From contig OY759599.1 of assembly GCA_963662465.1 (NCBI GenBank), forward strand, positions 3,968,001 to 4,032,000: 64,000 bases of DNA, written 5' to 3'. Of the stretch, positions 38,688-48,079 are shown piece after piece. Within the stretch, counting starts at the first letter, position 1. Every line of letters starts with the position of its first letter. A program made the position numbers and the translations under genes. Under the pieces are notes generated by a model that worked only from the letters and a program-made list of their open reading frames with translations, ran no database searches and was not told the DNA's origin. This DNA comes from Desulfatiglandales bacterium (lineage in GTDB: Bacteria; Desulfobacterota; DSM-4660; Desulfatiglandales; Desulfatiglandaceae).

Positions 38688-39337
38688 GGGTTGCCTCCCT
38701 TCCCAACGCCATTCAACCCACTGAGGCAGAATTGAACCACATGTTCCACCAGTTCATCCTTGAACCGGGCATCATATTCCCGGCCCGTAATGCGCATCAC
38801 CGGGTTTCTGGCAAAATTAAAATGGATCACCATACTGATAATGCTCTGAATCTGAAGCAGCAACGATACCTGCCCCATCTCCCGGTCCATGAAAGGACGA
38901 ATCAAGTCCGCCAGCTTTTGCTGAAAGGGCCCGATCACCTCTCCCACAACCATTTCAAAGGCCTCCGTGGGCTTGGCCATTTCCCGAACCATTAACTGGG
39001 AGTGACGTAACCGTTCATCGTCTGAAAGCGGTCCCTTGATAAACGCTTCCGCCACCGCACGGACAATGCCCGCCAGCGTCACCTCTCTTTTAGCCCCAAG
39101 AATACTCTCGAAGCGTGCCAGAACCCGTTTGGCCCTGGGTTTCCAGAGGCATCTGAACACCTCCATGTAAAGATTTTCCTTATTGCCGAAATGGTAATTC
39201 ACCGCGGCCAGATTGCAATGAGCCGCTTTTGTAATTTCACGAATGGTCACCGCATAATAGCCGCGCTCCGCAAACAGGGCTTCCGCTTCACACAGGATTC
39301 GTTCTCTTGGGATATCGACCTTTGGGGTCCCCGCCAT
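38684..39337 (-). CDS. TetR-family (CerR-like) regulator
   Basis: TIREITKAAHCNLAAVNYHFGNKENLY. Confidence 0.92.
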   Translation of the reverse strand: MAGTPKVDIPRERILCEAEALFAERGYYAVTIREITKAAHCNLAAVNYHFGNKENLYMEVFRCLWKPRAKRVLARFESILGAKREVTLAGIVRAVAEAFIKGPLSDDERLRHSQLMVREMAKPTEAFEMVVGEVIGPFQQKLADLIRPFMDREMGQVSLLLQIQSIISMVIHFNFARNPVMRITGREYDARFKDELVEHVVQFCLSGLNGVGKGGNP

Positions 39338-39354
39338 AATATTTAAACCTCCGT

Positions 39355-39388
39355 TTCATACAAACATATGTATTAAACAGATGTTTTA
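39355..39388. promoter_or_regulatory. Candidate TetR operator
   Basis: Palindromic AAACATATGTAT / TAAACAGATGTTTTA just upstream of the tetR RBS. Confidence 0.5.
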
Positions 39389-39495
39389 ATGTCAAGGGTT
39401 TTTTACATTCTTAAAAAACGCAAAAAGCAGGCTAGAGTGTGAAAATAATTTGAAAACCGTAAACGTAAACCAAGAGGGAGGGGGTAAACAGGCCT

Positions 39496-39852
39496 TTAAT
39501 CACAATGTTCCGGTTCGATGTCAAAAATTAAAGCGATCGCCTTCTTTATGGCGTCAACTTCAGCGATTGTGACGTTCCCGATCCTGTTGACAAATCTCTT
39601 ATGGCTCAGGGCCCTGACCTGGAAACAGTCAACTGCCGATTTTTTTTGAAGGCCATTAACCGCATTTGGATTTAGGATCACAAAAAAGGGATTTTCCTCC
39701 CAATACGGACTCCACGAGGTGATAGGAACAACAATCGCCAGCCTGAGATGTTTCTCATGACCGCCATTCAAGACAATGACCGGACGCGTTTTTCTAATTT
39801 CATCACCCATTGTTGGCGCAAGATTGACCCAGTAGAGTTCACCTGTTTTCAA
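39496..39852 (-). CDS. mazF: PemK/MazF-family toxin
   Basis: GELYWVNL.P..GDEIRKTRPVIV, VVPITS; TTG start inferred (alternative 39876). Confidence 0.88.
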   Translation of the reverse strand: MKTGELYWVNLAPTMGDEIRKTRPVIVLNGGHEKHLRLAIVVPITSWSPYWEENPFFVILNPNAVNGLQKKSAVDCFQVRALSHKRFVNRIGNVTIAEVDAIKKAIALIFDIEPEHCD

Positions 39853-40081
39853 AATCTTCCCCTTCGATGTTTTCAAAAAGGTTATGATATTCCCCTTTTC
39901 CGATCATTTCCATGGCCTTTAGCCTCTTTAACACTCGAAGTCTTTTTCGATCTTCCCGCACTTTGGCATTGATCGCCTCGCGTATATACTCGCTCAAACT
40001 TCTGTACTCCAACTCTTTATATACTTTTTTGATGAAGCTGTAATTTTCGGGCTCGATTTGAATTTTGGTCTGGATCAGCAT
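39839..40081 (-). CDS. Putative RHH antitoxin
   Basis: YRSLSEYIREAI; overlaps the mazF start. Confidence 0.75.
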   Translation of the reverse strand: MLIQTKIQIEPENYSFIKKVYKELEYRSLSEYIREAINAKVREDRKRLRVLKRLKAMEMIGKGEYHNLFENIEGEDFENR

Positions 40082-40254
40082 GCGCTATCCCCCTGTTTTC
40101 CTGCTTTGAAACAACCATCAATAAAAAAAACGGTCTCTGCCGCAGACAGCCAAGGCATCCATTGTGAGCAAATATAGGCCTTATGTCAAGGGACATTAAA
40201 TAGGGGCACCTGTTCCTTTTTTAAGCTAACAGCTAACGGCTAACGGCTGTATTT

Positions 40255-41502
40255 TCATGGCAAAAGATCGGATACGACCCCAGCCGCCATGAGTTCTTTG
40301 ATTTCGGGGTCCGTATAACCATTTTCCCGAAGAACCATTACGGTATGTTCGCCCAGTTTCGGGGCCAGGGTGCGGGTTCCGGCGCTGCATGCACTGAAAT
40401 GAATGGGATATCCCGGAATCTGAATTTTTCCCAGGGTTGGGTCCTCAAAATCGACCACATAATCATTGGCCAGCGCCTGAGGATCATTTTTAACCTCGCT
40501 GATATGCTGAATTGAGCAGAACATGAGACCGCGGGCCAGAAATATGGCCATCCACTCATCCCGTGTTTTGGCGGCAAAGACCCCATCGAAGTAATCCATT
40601 AATGCCGAGCTGTTGGTCGCTCTGGCCCCACCGTCCGCATATCGGGGATCGGAAATCAGTTGGGGCTGCCCCGTGGCCTCACAGAAGCTTGACCAGTATT
40701 TCTCTTCCGGGTGATGTGCGCCGATAATCCATTCTCCGTCCCGGCATAGAAAAAAGTTTCGCAAGGGAGAGTGATTTTTTCGGTCATGATGCACAACGGG
40801 TTCAATGGAGAGGAGATTGCCGATCATCAAGGTCGGGTGCATCAACCATTGCGCCGTTCCGAATAGAGACACGTGAACTTCCTGCCCCATCCCACGTCGT
40901 TCGCGAACAAACAGGGCTGTGATAATGGCGTGGCTCAGCGTAATGGACGTGGCCTGATCCAAAATGCCGATATGCATCAGAAGCGGCTCATCGGTCCCCG
41001 AAACAAACATCATACCCGAACGGGCCAATCCCAGGGGATCAAAGGCCCCCAGATCGCTCATAGGTCCCTCGGGTCCGTATCCGGACACATTGGCATGGAT
41101 CAAGCGGGGATTTACCCGGGACAGGGTCGCATAATCGATCCCGATCTTTGCTTTGGTGCTTTTGCGAAGGTTGGTCAGAAAAACATCCGATGTTTTGATA
41201 AAATCATGGAAAACCGCTCTCCCCCTGGGATGATTAATATCCAGACAGATTCCTTTTTTACCGCGGTTAGAGGCTTGAAACATGACGCTTTCGCCTCCCG
41301 GCAGCGACAGGTCCAACTGACCCAATCGCGTCCAATAGCGCTCCGGATCTCCTTCCGTGGGCTCAATCTTGATCACTTCGGCGCCAAGATCTCCCAGAAT
41401 GCCGCCGGCGCCGGGTCCGGCGTGAAAGAGGCCATATTCCAAAACACGGATTCCCTCCAGGGGGCGCGGCAAGCTGTTTTCTTGTTTTTCACTTTCAATC
41501 AT
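40255..41502 (-). CDS. CoA-transferase family III (CaiB/BaiF)
   Basis: PLEGIRVLE, DLGAEVIKIE, NRGKK, SGYGPEGP, APKLGEHT. Confidence 0.93.
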   Translation of the reverse strand: MIESEKQENSLPRPLEGIRVLEYGLFHAGPGAGGILGDLGAEVIKIEPTEGDPERYWTRLGQLDLSLPGGESVMFQASNRGKKGICLDINHPRGRAVFHDFIKTSDVFLTNLRKSTKAKIGIDYATLSRVNPRLIHANVSGYGPEGPMSDLGAFDPLGLARSGMMFVSGTDEPLLMHIGILDQATSITLSHAIITALFVRERRGMGQEVHVSLFGTAQWLMHPTLMIGNLLSIEPVVHHDRKNHSPLRNFFLCRDGEWIIGAHHPEEKYWSSFCEATGQPQLISDPRYADGGARATNSSALMDYFDGVFAAKTRDEWMAIFLARGLMFCSIQHISEVKNDPQALANDYVVDFEDPTLGKIQIPGYPIHFSACSAGTRTLAPKLGEHTVMVLRENGYTDPEIKELMAAGVVSDLLP

Positions 41503-41525
41503 ATGAGAAACATCTCCAATAGAAA

Positions 41526-41942
41526 TTAGCGGAATCCCAGGCTAAGCCGGTACATCCAATTCAGGAAAAAAACGGCGGCAATGATCCACCACGCATAAGG
41601 TGATTTAAGCATCCGGTAAACCCCGGACTCTATCCTCACCCCCAACAACAGTGCGGCTGAATGCCAGGCAAAAAAGGCGACCATCAAACCATAAACCCCC
41701 AGGGAAAGAGGGCAATTGCGCACCGCAAATTGCCAGTCACCCGCTGATATGGCCCAGAACGAACGGGTAAACCCGCAAAACGGGCACGGAAAACCGGTCA
41801 AATATAAAAATGTGCATTTTTTCAGGGGAAGGATATCACGGGAAACCCATTGGGGTAGAACCAATCCCAAGCCGGTTATCAAGGCCATGGGCAAATGCGC
41901 CACCACCACGTCCCAGTAAGAAGTGGGTTTCATCCATACCAT
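41526..41942 (-). CDS. DUF2752-like membrane protein
   Basis: CTFLYLTGFPCPFCGFTRS motif; start uncertain. Confidence 0.8.
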   Translation of the reverse strand: MVWMKPTSYWDVVVAHLPMALITGLGLVLPQWVSRDILPLKKCTFLYLTGFPCPFCGFTRSFWAISAGDWQFAVRNCPLSLGVYGLMVAFFAWHSAALLLGVRIESGVYRMLKSPYAWWIIAAVFFLNWMYRLSLGFR

Positions 41943-42002
41943 GTTGCCGGTTACATGATGATGACGTTGTTCTTTGTAACGACGATCGTCCCGCAAGACG
42001 TA

Positions 42003-42620
42003 TCACGAATCCAGAGATTCTACCGCAACACCATCAAAAATCTCCCGGTACGCCACGGTAAGAATACACACCTGAATGGGCAACGTAAAAACAACGCCAA
42101 TGCCGCAGGCCACCGCCCCAATGCCGCCGATCAGGTTCGATACAATGGAGAAGCCCAGAAAAGGCCAGAAATTGCGTTTCACCATATTGAAGCTTGCAAC
42201 GGAGGCCGGCCAGAATTCCATTTTTTTATCCACAATGAGAAACATGCCGAACATCAGCAACGCATGGGCCACAAAGACAACGAAAAGGGACGCCAGTTGA
42301 CCGAGGCAGGGAACGAGACCCAGGATAAGGCTCACCACAAAGATGGCAACCCCCCAAACAACAAAAAAAAGAAAACTGTTCAGAAAAAAATCAAACCCCC
42401 TCAAAAGGTTTCCCACCTCGGGCTGAGGTTCTTTTCGGTCGTGCAATTGAAATACAATGAGAAGGATACCCGCCGCCATGGGGCCGGCGAGGACCCCGAC
42501 AGTGATGCTGCCGACAATTACGGCAATCAGGGAAGCCAGTACAAGAATACCGAAATTTTCCTTGTAAAGGTTGAAACCCCGCTCAATCCACTCTCCAAAT
42601 TTGACATCTATTTTATCCAT
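42003..42620 (-). CDS. Integral membrane protein
   Basis: GGAGGAGG RBS; multiple TM segments. Confidence 0.8.
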   Translation of the reverse strand: MDKIDVKFGEWIERGFNLYKENFGILVLASLIAVIVGSITVGVLAGPMAAGILLIVFQLHDRKEPQPEVGNLLRGFDFFLNSFLFFVVWGVAIFVVSLILGLVPCLGQLASLFVVFVAHALLMFGMFLIVDKKMEFWPASVASFNMVKRNFWPFLGFSIVSNLIGGIGAVACGIGVVFTLPIQVCILTVAYREIFDGVAVESLDS

Positions 42621-42680
42621 GTGCCTCCTCCAACAATAATAGTTAAATTTACCCTGTCTCACACCATTTTAACGGCGCAT

Positions 42681-43184
42681 TTATGGATTGCCGTTTAAAA
42701 CAACCCAGAGTTTTGTTCCTATATGCAAAACTGTTTTCGAATTTATTTTGTTCAGGCGACACAATTGATCAACGCTCATGTTGTGCTGCTGCGCAATGCG
42801 GAACAGGCTGTCCCCACGTTTAACAACATAAGCCTGTTTTCCCTTTTTATTTTTATCGAGCCGCACCACCTTTTTGTTTTTATCAGGCCGCGCCGCTTTG
42901 GCTGGGGGCGCAACAGTCTTCTTTGGAACAACCGGGGCAAGACGCGCTGTAATCGCCCGCTCCCAGGCATCCATGGATTGCTGGAGTTTTCGAAGTTCAA
43001 CCTCCAGGAAAGCCGTCTTTTTCGAGGATTTTTCAATGTTTGCCAGCCTGTCTTCTATTTTCTCAAGCCTTGATTTGATCGAACTGACGTCCTTGGATAC
43101 TTTTTTATCGGAGCATCCAAATAGACAACTACCCAAAAACACCACAAAAAGGGCGCCGTAAAACATGCCAAGGCATTTTTTCAT
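42681..43184 (-). CDS. LysM-domain lipoprotein
   Basis: LFGC lipobox, coiled coil, YVVKRGDSLFRIA...LCRLN. Confidence 0.88.
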   Translation of the reverse strand: MKKCLGMFYGALFVVFLGSCLFGCSDKKVSKDVSSIKSRLEKIEDRLANIEKSSKKTAFLEVELRKLQQSMDAWERAITARLAPVVPKKTVAPPAKAARPDKNKKVVRLDKNKKGKQAYVVKRGDSLFRIAQQHNMSVDQLCRLNKINSKTVLHIGTKLWVVLNGNP

Positions 43185-43343
43185 TTAACATTCCTTTCTT
43201 TGCGAATTTTCTTTGTGAGAGATTAAACATTTTCAAAGCTTCAGGTCAATCCATTTTTTACATAGAACACATGCATCGTGCCCCTACTTGAATTTCACGG
43301 TAAGGGATGATACAAAAGCAAAAATACAATAATAGGATCAGCG

Positions 43344-44375
43344 ATGTGGAATTCACTTTTATCATTATTTACGCATACGGGAATCAAAAATCTTCGATTC
43401 CTTCAACACATCCGCCAACCGGTAGTCGTGATGTTTTTGCTCATTTTAATGCTGTCATTAATATTCTTCAATGAGCATTGCAGCGCGAAACAAAGCAGTC
43501 CCCTCCCCCCCGAACCGATTCCCTCCAAACAGCTGCAACAGACGCTGGATCAGGTCGTGGCCATGAACCTCAAGGAGCAACCCGGCCTCGCACCCAACCA
43601 AGTGCATTTGGCACTCATTGACATGTCAAAGCCCGGACGACCCCGACTGGCCCAATATAACGGTCGTAAACCCGTTTACCCCTCAAGCGTCATCAAAATG
43701 ATTTATATGGGGTATGTTTACCACCTGGCCAGGGAAGGCACTCTCAACATCACCCCCCAGGTTCATCAAAAACTCTATCAGATGATACACCCTTCCAGCA
43801 ACACAGCCACAGCCTGGATTGTTGATTTATGGAGCCGAACATCAGGAGAAGAAATCCGGTCGCCTGAAGCCTATGAAGCATTTTCATTTAAGCGAAATGC
43901 CTGTAATCGCTGGCTGCGCTCCCTGGAAATTGACCCCATCAACGCCTGTCAGAAAACATGGGGTTCGCCCATACCGCCCGGTGAAAAGCAGTTTTTGAGA
44001 AATGGGAAATCCCCGGGCCACCCCTGGATCAATCGGAATTCCATGACGGCGGTTGCCGCCGCCAGGTTTCTTCAGATCCTGGCCCGAAATGCACTGGTGG
44101 ACCCTGAAAGCTGCAACGAAATGCGGAAACTAATGGTCAGAGACGTTAAAAATCAGTCCTACCAACAAATGAGAATCGCGGGAGGAATACCAGGAGGAGC
44201 AACGGTTTTTTCAAAAACCGGCACCACCGCCGACACATTCCATGATGCCGGCATTGTGACACTGCCCGATGGTCGAAAATTCGTTTTAACGGTTTTCATT
44301 ACAGGAAAATACAGAGGCGCCTTTATTCGGGATGTATCACGGGATGTATGCACCTATTTCATGAAAAAGAAATGA
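43344..44375 (+). CDS. Serine hydrolase, class A beta-lactamase-like
   Basis: SVIK (SxxK), SSN (SxN), KTG; start may lie downstream. Confidence 0.82.
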   Translation: MWNSLLSLFTHTGIKNLRFLQHIRQPVVVMFLLILMLSLIFFNEHCSAKQSSPLPPEPIPSKQLQQTLDQVVAMNLKEQPGLAPNQVHLALIDMSKPGRPRLAQYNGRKPVYPSSVIKMIYMGYVYHLAREGTLNITPQVHQKLYQMIHPSSNTATAWIVDLWSRTSGEEIRSPEAYEAFSFKRNACNRWLRSLEIDPINACQKTWGSPIPPGEKQFLRNGKSPGHPWINRNSMTAVAAARFLQILARNALVDPESCNEMRKLMVRDVKNQSYQQMRIAGGIPGGATVFSKTGTTADTFHDAGIVTLPDGRKFVLTVFITGKYRGAFIRDVSRDVCTYFMKKK

Positions 44376-44382
44376 ACGTCCG

Positions 44383-45477
44383 TTAAAGGGTGTACCCATC
44401 CTCCTCAAAAAGCGCCACACAAGCATCCACCACCCGTACATCAAAAGTTGTTCCGCGTCCGGCCTTGATTTCCGCCAACGCTTTTTCAATACCCAGTGCC
44501 GGTCGATACGGTCTGTGGGAGGACATGCTCTCCACCACATCCGCAACCGCCAAAATCCTTGATTCCAACAAAATTTCGTCCCCTTTAAGGCCAAAGGGAT
44601 AGCCTGAACCGTCCAGACGTTCGTGATGCTGAAGCTCAATCTGGGCCACGGGCCATGGAAAATCAATGGTTTTCAAGATATCATAACCCACCTGGGGGTG
44701 AGACTTAATCAATTCAAATTCATTAGCCCTTATTTTCCCCGGTTTATTTAGTATTTCAAAAGGAACATAGATCTTCCCCAGGTCATGGATGGAACCCGCC
44801 ATGCGAATACCATCCACCTGATCCGGGGGAAGACCCATTTTTTGGGCGATGGCCCGTGAAAGATCGGCCACCCGACGCTGGTGCCCAGCCGTGTAGGGGT
44901 CCCGGGCTTCCGCCGTCAAAGCCAAGGCTTGAATGGTTGCCTCCAGGGATTTTCGCAGTTGGGTCAAGGTTTTTTTCAGTTCTTCCTCGTTACTTCTCAA
45001 CTGCCGGGTTCTCTCCTGAACCCTTTTTTCCAGACCCTGGTTCAGGTCGATCAATTCCCGGTTCTGTTCTTCCGTCAATCGCGTCAACTCCCGGTGTTCG
45101 TCGACAAGACGGTACTGGCCAATGGCATCCTTCACAGTCTGCTTCAGCTCACGGATTTCCCAGGGTTTGGTGACAAAACGGAAAACGGCGCCTTGATTAA
45201 TCGCCTTGATAACGGTCTCTGTTTCAGCATAACCGGTCATGAGAATACGCACGGTATCCGGCCATCTCTCGCGCACCTCTCCAAGAAAGGCGGTCCCATC
45301 CATTTCCGGCATCATCTGGTCCGACACCACCACGCAAAAAGGATTTTTTTCCATCTCCTTGATCGCTTTTGAAGGCGTGTCAAAGGTAAATACTTCATAG
45401 GGTTCCCGCTCGAAAATCCGGCTCAGGGTCCCCAGAACAAGCTCCTCGTCGTCAACAAAAGCAATCCGTTCAGGCAC
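44383..45477 (-). CDS. Response regulator with HD-GYP phosphodiesterase domain
   Basis: REC plus HDLGK and HHERLDGSGYP. Confidence 0.93.
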   Translation of the reverse strand: MPERIAFVDDEELVLGTLSRIFEREPYEVFTFDTPSKAIKEMEKNPFCVVVSDQMMPEMDGTAFLGEVRERWPDTVRILMTGYAETETVIKAINQGAVFRFVTKPWEIRELKQTVKDAIGQYRLVDEHRELTRLTEEQNRELIDLNQGLEKRVQERTRQLRSNEEELKKTLTQLRKSLEATIQALALTAEARDPYTAGHQRRVADLSRAIAQKMGLPPDQVDGIRMAGSIHDLGKIYVPFEILNKPGKIRANEFELIKSHPQVGYDILKTIDFPWPVAQIELQHHERLDGSGYPFGLKGDEILLESRILAVADVVESMSSHRPYRPALGIEKALAEIKAGRGTTFDVRVVDACVALFEEDGYTL

Positions 45478-45691
45478 GTTTTACCTCTCTGGCATCAGCT
45501 ATCCGGCAAAATCTCAATTTGAAATTCCGGCTTCAATATAGTCATGAAACCCACTGGTACAAACAAAACACAAAGACTTAGTATAAGAAAGTTAAGATTG
45601 TTCGTCAAGGTAACATTGGAAAGCGCATTAGAGAAGAAAATGAATGAAGAGAGTCAATAATAAATCGAAACCGGTGAGGCGGCAACGTGAG

Positions 45692-46051
45692 TTAGCTCCT
45701 TGGATATGAAACGCACAGTTCTATTGCGGCTTGATTGAGACGTCGATCAAAAGTCCAAAGAACAACATTGTCGATAATTGCGGAAGCTAATAGATGGATA
45801 TCTACGTATCCAAGGCCACGCCCCATTAGTGAATTATTTTCGATAAATTCCAAAACTTCTATAGTCTCAACAATAGGTGTTGAGGGAAGTGCCTGGAGAA
45901 GCATTAAAATTTCCGTGCCTAAGTTACCACAGGCTAATTCTCCGATAATAAACGGATGGCAAGCAACAAAGCCAATATTCAAATGAGAAATGAGTTCAGC
46001 ATCAGATTCTCTAAAATGATTGATCCAAACATTTGTGTCGGCAAGAATCAT
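45692..46051 (-). CDS. vapC: VapC PIN-domain toxin
   Basis: MILADTNVWI, HPFIIGEL, GYVDIHLL, LWTFD. Confidence 0.9.
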   Translation of the reverse strand: MILADTNVWINHFRESDAELISHLNIGFVACHPFIIGELACGNLGTEILMLLQALPSTPIVETIEVLEFIENNSLMGRGLGYVDIHLLASAIIDNVVLWTFDRRLNQAAIELCVSYPRS

Positions 46052-46052
46052 T

Positions 46053-46247
46053 TTATAGCTCCGATCTCCGGCGACTTGGCATCCGGATTTTTTTCTCGCT
46101 TCCCCCAAGTGCAGCCAAACGCTTACTACTCTCCAGAGTAATCAGGGCTTCAAGTCCCTTGCGGACAAGCGCTGTTTTTTCATTTATTCCTGTGAGTTTT
46201 GCGGCTCTTTCGACAAGAGCGTTTTCAATATTTAACGTTGTTCTCAT
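46053..46247 (-). CDS. vapB: VapB antitoxin
   Basis: MRTTLNI...KTALVRKGLEALI...RLAALGGS. Confidence 0.9.
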   Translation of the reverse strand: MRTTLNIENALVERAAKLTGINEKTALVRKGLEALITLESSKRLAALGGSEKKIRMPSRRRSEL

Positions 46248-46805
46248 TTCTGTACTCCTCCCCTCTTATTTATGTATCAATTATGCATATCAATATGTAC
46301 TATAAGTATGTATTTTGCAAGATATTTTAACCTAAACTGATCGATTTTCAGGGTTAAATATAATTCTAACGTATCATCTCAATAAAAGGGACTTCCGTGA
46401 TCCCTGGAAAATATTTCTCACTTTGCCTTCCTGTCAGCATACTTCATGTCAGAAGGATGGCCGAGAGAAGGAATTATACGATATTGAGTGATTACGGTTT
46501 CTTATGATAGATACGGAAATGATATTGATAAAATTTCACACTTTTCATGGTACACTTGGTCCGTGCAATTTATATGAAGTCTCTAAAACATACCCCCCGG
46601 GTTATAGATTCGGCGAAAATCCAATTTAGAGGCGGAAATGGCAAAAAAACGATTGATCCTGCTGCTCAGTTTGACACCGCAAAGGATTCGAAGAAATTGC
46701 TGCACTGTGATCACTTTGATATGGTATGCCCATTCATGAATAGGAACATATTGTTGTAAATCAATAGGCTGTTAACAAATAGGTTAGGAGGAAACTAGCA
46801 AGCGC

Positions 46806-47027
46806 CTACCCCCCAAAATCCGGATGAATAAACTCCAGAATGTCTCCAGCTTCAGGAAAAGTAGTATCATAATCCTGGGGATAAACGAACCGTCCATTCC
46901 GCTCCACCATCATGGCAGACTCCATTTCGTCATATTCCAGAATTAATTGGGTAATGGAGAATCCTTGGGTGACTTTTTCTTTAAAACCATTAAGGGTCAC
47001 TTCAATTTCTTCGGCGTCTTTATTCAT
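46806..47027 (-). CDS. ThiS/MoaD-family sulfur carrier
   Basis: 73 aa ending in GG; directly downstream of the ThiF/MoeB gene. Confidence 0.85.
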   Translation of the reverse strand: MNKDAEEIEVTLNGFKEKVTQGFSITQLILEYDEMESAMMVERNGRFVYPQDYDTTFPEAGDILEFIHPDFGG

Positions 47028-47043
47028 GAGAGAATTCTCCTTA

Positions 47044-47793
47044 TCATAAATCGGCGCCGCACACACGGCATCGGGAATTCCTTCCCATTTCAATCATTTT
47101 AAAATTCATGGCAGCGCCATCCACATATAACATTCGGCCCGCGAGCAAACCGTCAGGCACTCCCACCAGAAAGTTAATGGCCGCCAGGGCCTGAAGGGAC
47201 CCAATGATCCCCGTCAATGGACCCAAAACCCCCGGTGGGCCCTTATCGGGCGTCCCATCAGGGAAAAGACATTCAAAACAAGGGGTTTTGCCGGGAATGA
47301 ATGTAGTGGCCATGCCCGTCAATCCATCTACACCGCCAAAAAAGAAGGGAATCCCGTTCTTTAAGGAAACACGATTTAAAATCTTTCGTGTCTCTAAATT
47401 ATCGGTTCCATCCACAATCAAATGGGCGTCTCCAACCAGCATTTCCCCGTTATCCTCGCTGATCGCCTCATGGAGCGCTTCAATCCGGCAATGGGGGTTA
47501 AGGCTTTGAAGCTTTCGCTTCGCGGATTCTGCCTTTTTTTCACCAATATCTTCTGTAAAGTGCAGCAACTGCCGGTTCAGGTTTCCCAGTTCCACCCGGT
47601 CCTTGTCCACCAGCCGCAAGCGGCCTATGCCGGCTGCCGCCAGATAGTAAGCCGACACGGAACCCAGGCCTCCCACACCCGCTAGAAAAACCTTGGCCTT
47701 TCGCAGTTTAAGCTGACCTTCCTCGCCGATTTCGGGGAGAATTATTTGTCGGTGATAGCGAAGGGCTTCTTCCGGCGACAAGGGACTTGACAT
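47044..47793 (-). CDS. ThiF/MoeB-family adenylyltransferase
   Basis: RYHRQI, GVGGLG, NLNRQ, CFEC, CRVC. Confidence 0.92.
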   Translation of the reverse strand: MSSPLSPEEALRYHRQIILPEIGEEGQLKLRKAKVFLAGVGGLGSVSAYYLAAAGIGRLRLVDKDRVELGNLNRQLLHFTEDIGEKKAESAKRKLQSLNPHCRIEALHEAISEDNGEMLVGDAHLIVDGTDNLETRKILNRVSLKNGIPFFFGGVDGLTGMATTFIPGKTPCFECLFPDGTPDKGPPGVLGPLTGIIGSLQALAAINFLVGVPDGLLAGRMLYVDGAAMNFKMIEMGRNSRCRVCGADL

Positions 47794-47888
47794 TTTTTCT
47801 CCGCTGTTAGCGGCTGGATTCTTACACATTCACTCTGAGAGTTCATCTCTCACATTCATAACGTATTGCATTAAATAGTATTTTTTTG

Positions 47889-47968
47889 AACCGCAGAATA
47901 TCGAACAAGGAATAATGAATGTCGATGTAAAAACTTCTTAATTCGACATTCCTTTTCGACATTCGATC
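47889..47968. repeat. Short intergenic repeat element with (TTCGACA)-like heptamers
   Basis: GAATGTCGA... versus ...TTCGACATTC inverted and tandem units. Confidence 0.45.
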
Positions 47969-48031
47969 TTCGTTTTTTCAAATTTCAAATATCCTTGACT
48001 AGGTCTCAGTCATTATGCAAATCAGGAAATA

Positions 48032-48058
48032 CCCCGGAAAAAAGTGAACTTTCCGGGG
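48032..48058 (-). terminator. Stem-loop after the Mo-subunit gene
   Basis: CCCCGGAAA...TTTCCGGGG. Confidence 0.55.
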
Positions 48059-48079
48059 CTGACAACAGAAACAATACTG

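Noticed and set aside
43344..44375. Antibiotic-resistance beta-lactamase
   Set aside because: Has SxxK/SxN/KTG, but I cannot confirm the class A omega-loop glutamate; the context (LysM and membrane genes) fits a cell-wall enzyme equally well.
45691..46370. vapBC as an integron cassette (GTTAG / CTAAC core-like sites at both ends)
   Set aside because: No complete attC palindrome and no integrase seen; short matches are expected by chance.
46300..46800. Gene or remnant in the AT-rich gap (ORF 46547-46759)
   Set aside because: No motif, RBS or homology that I can recognise.
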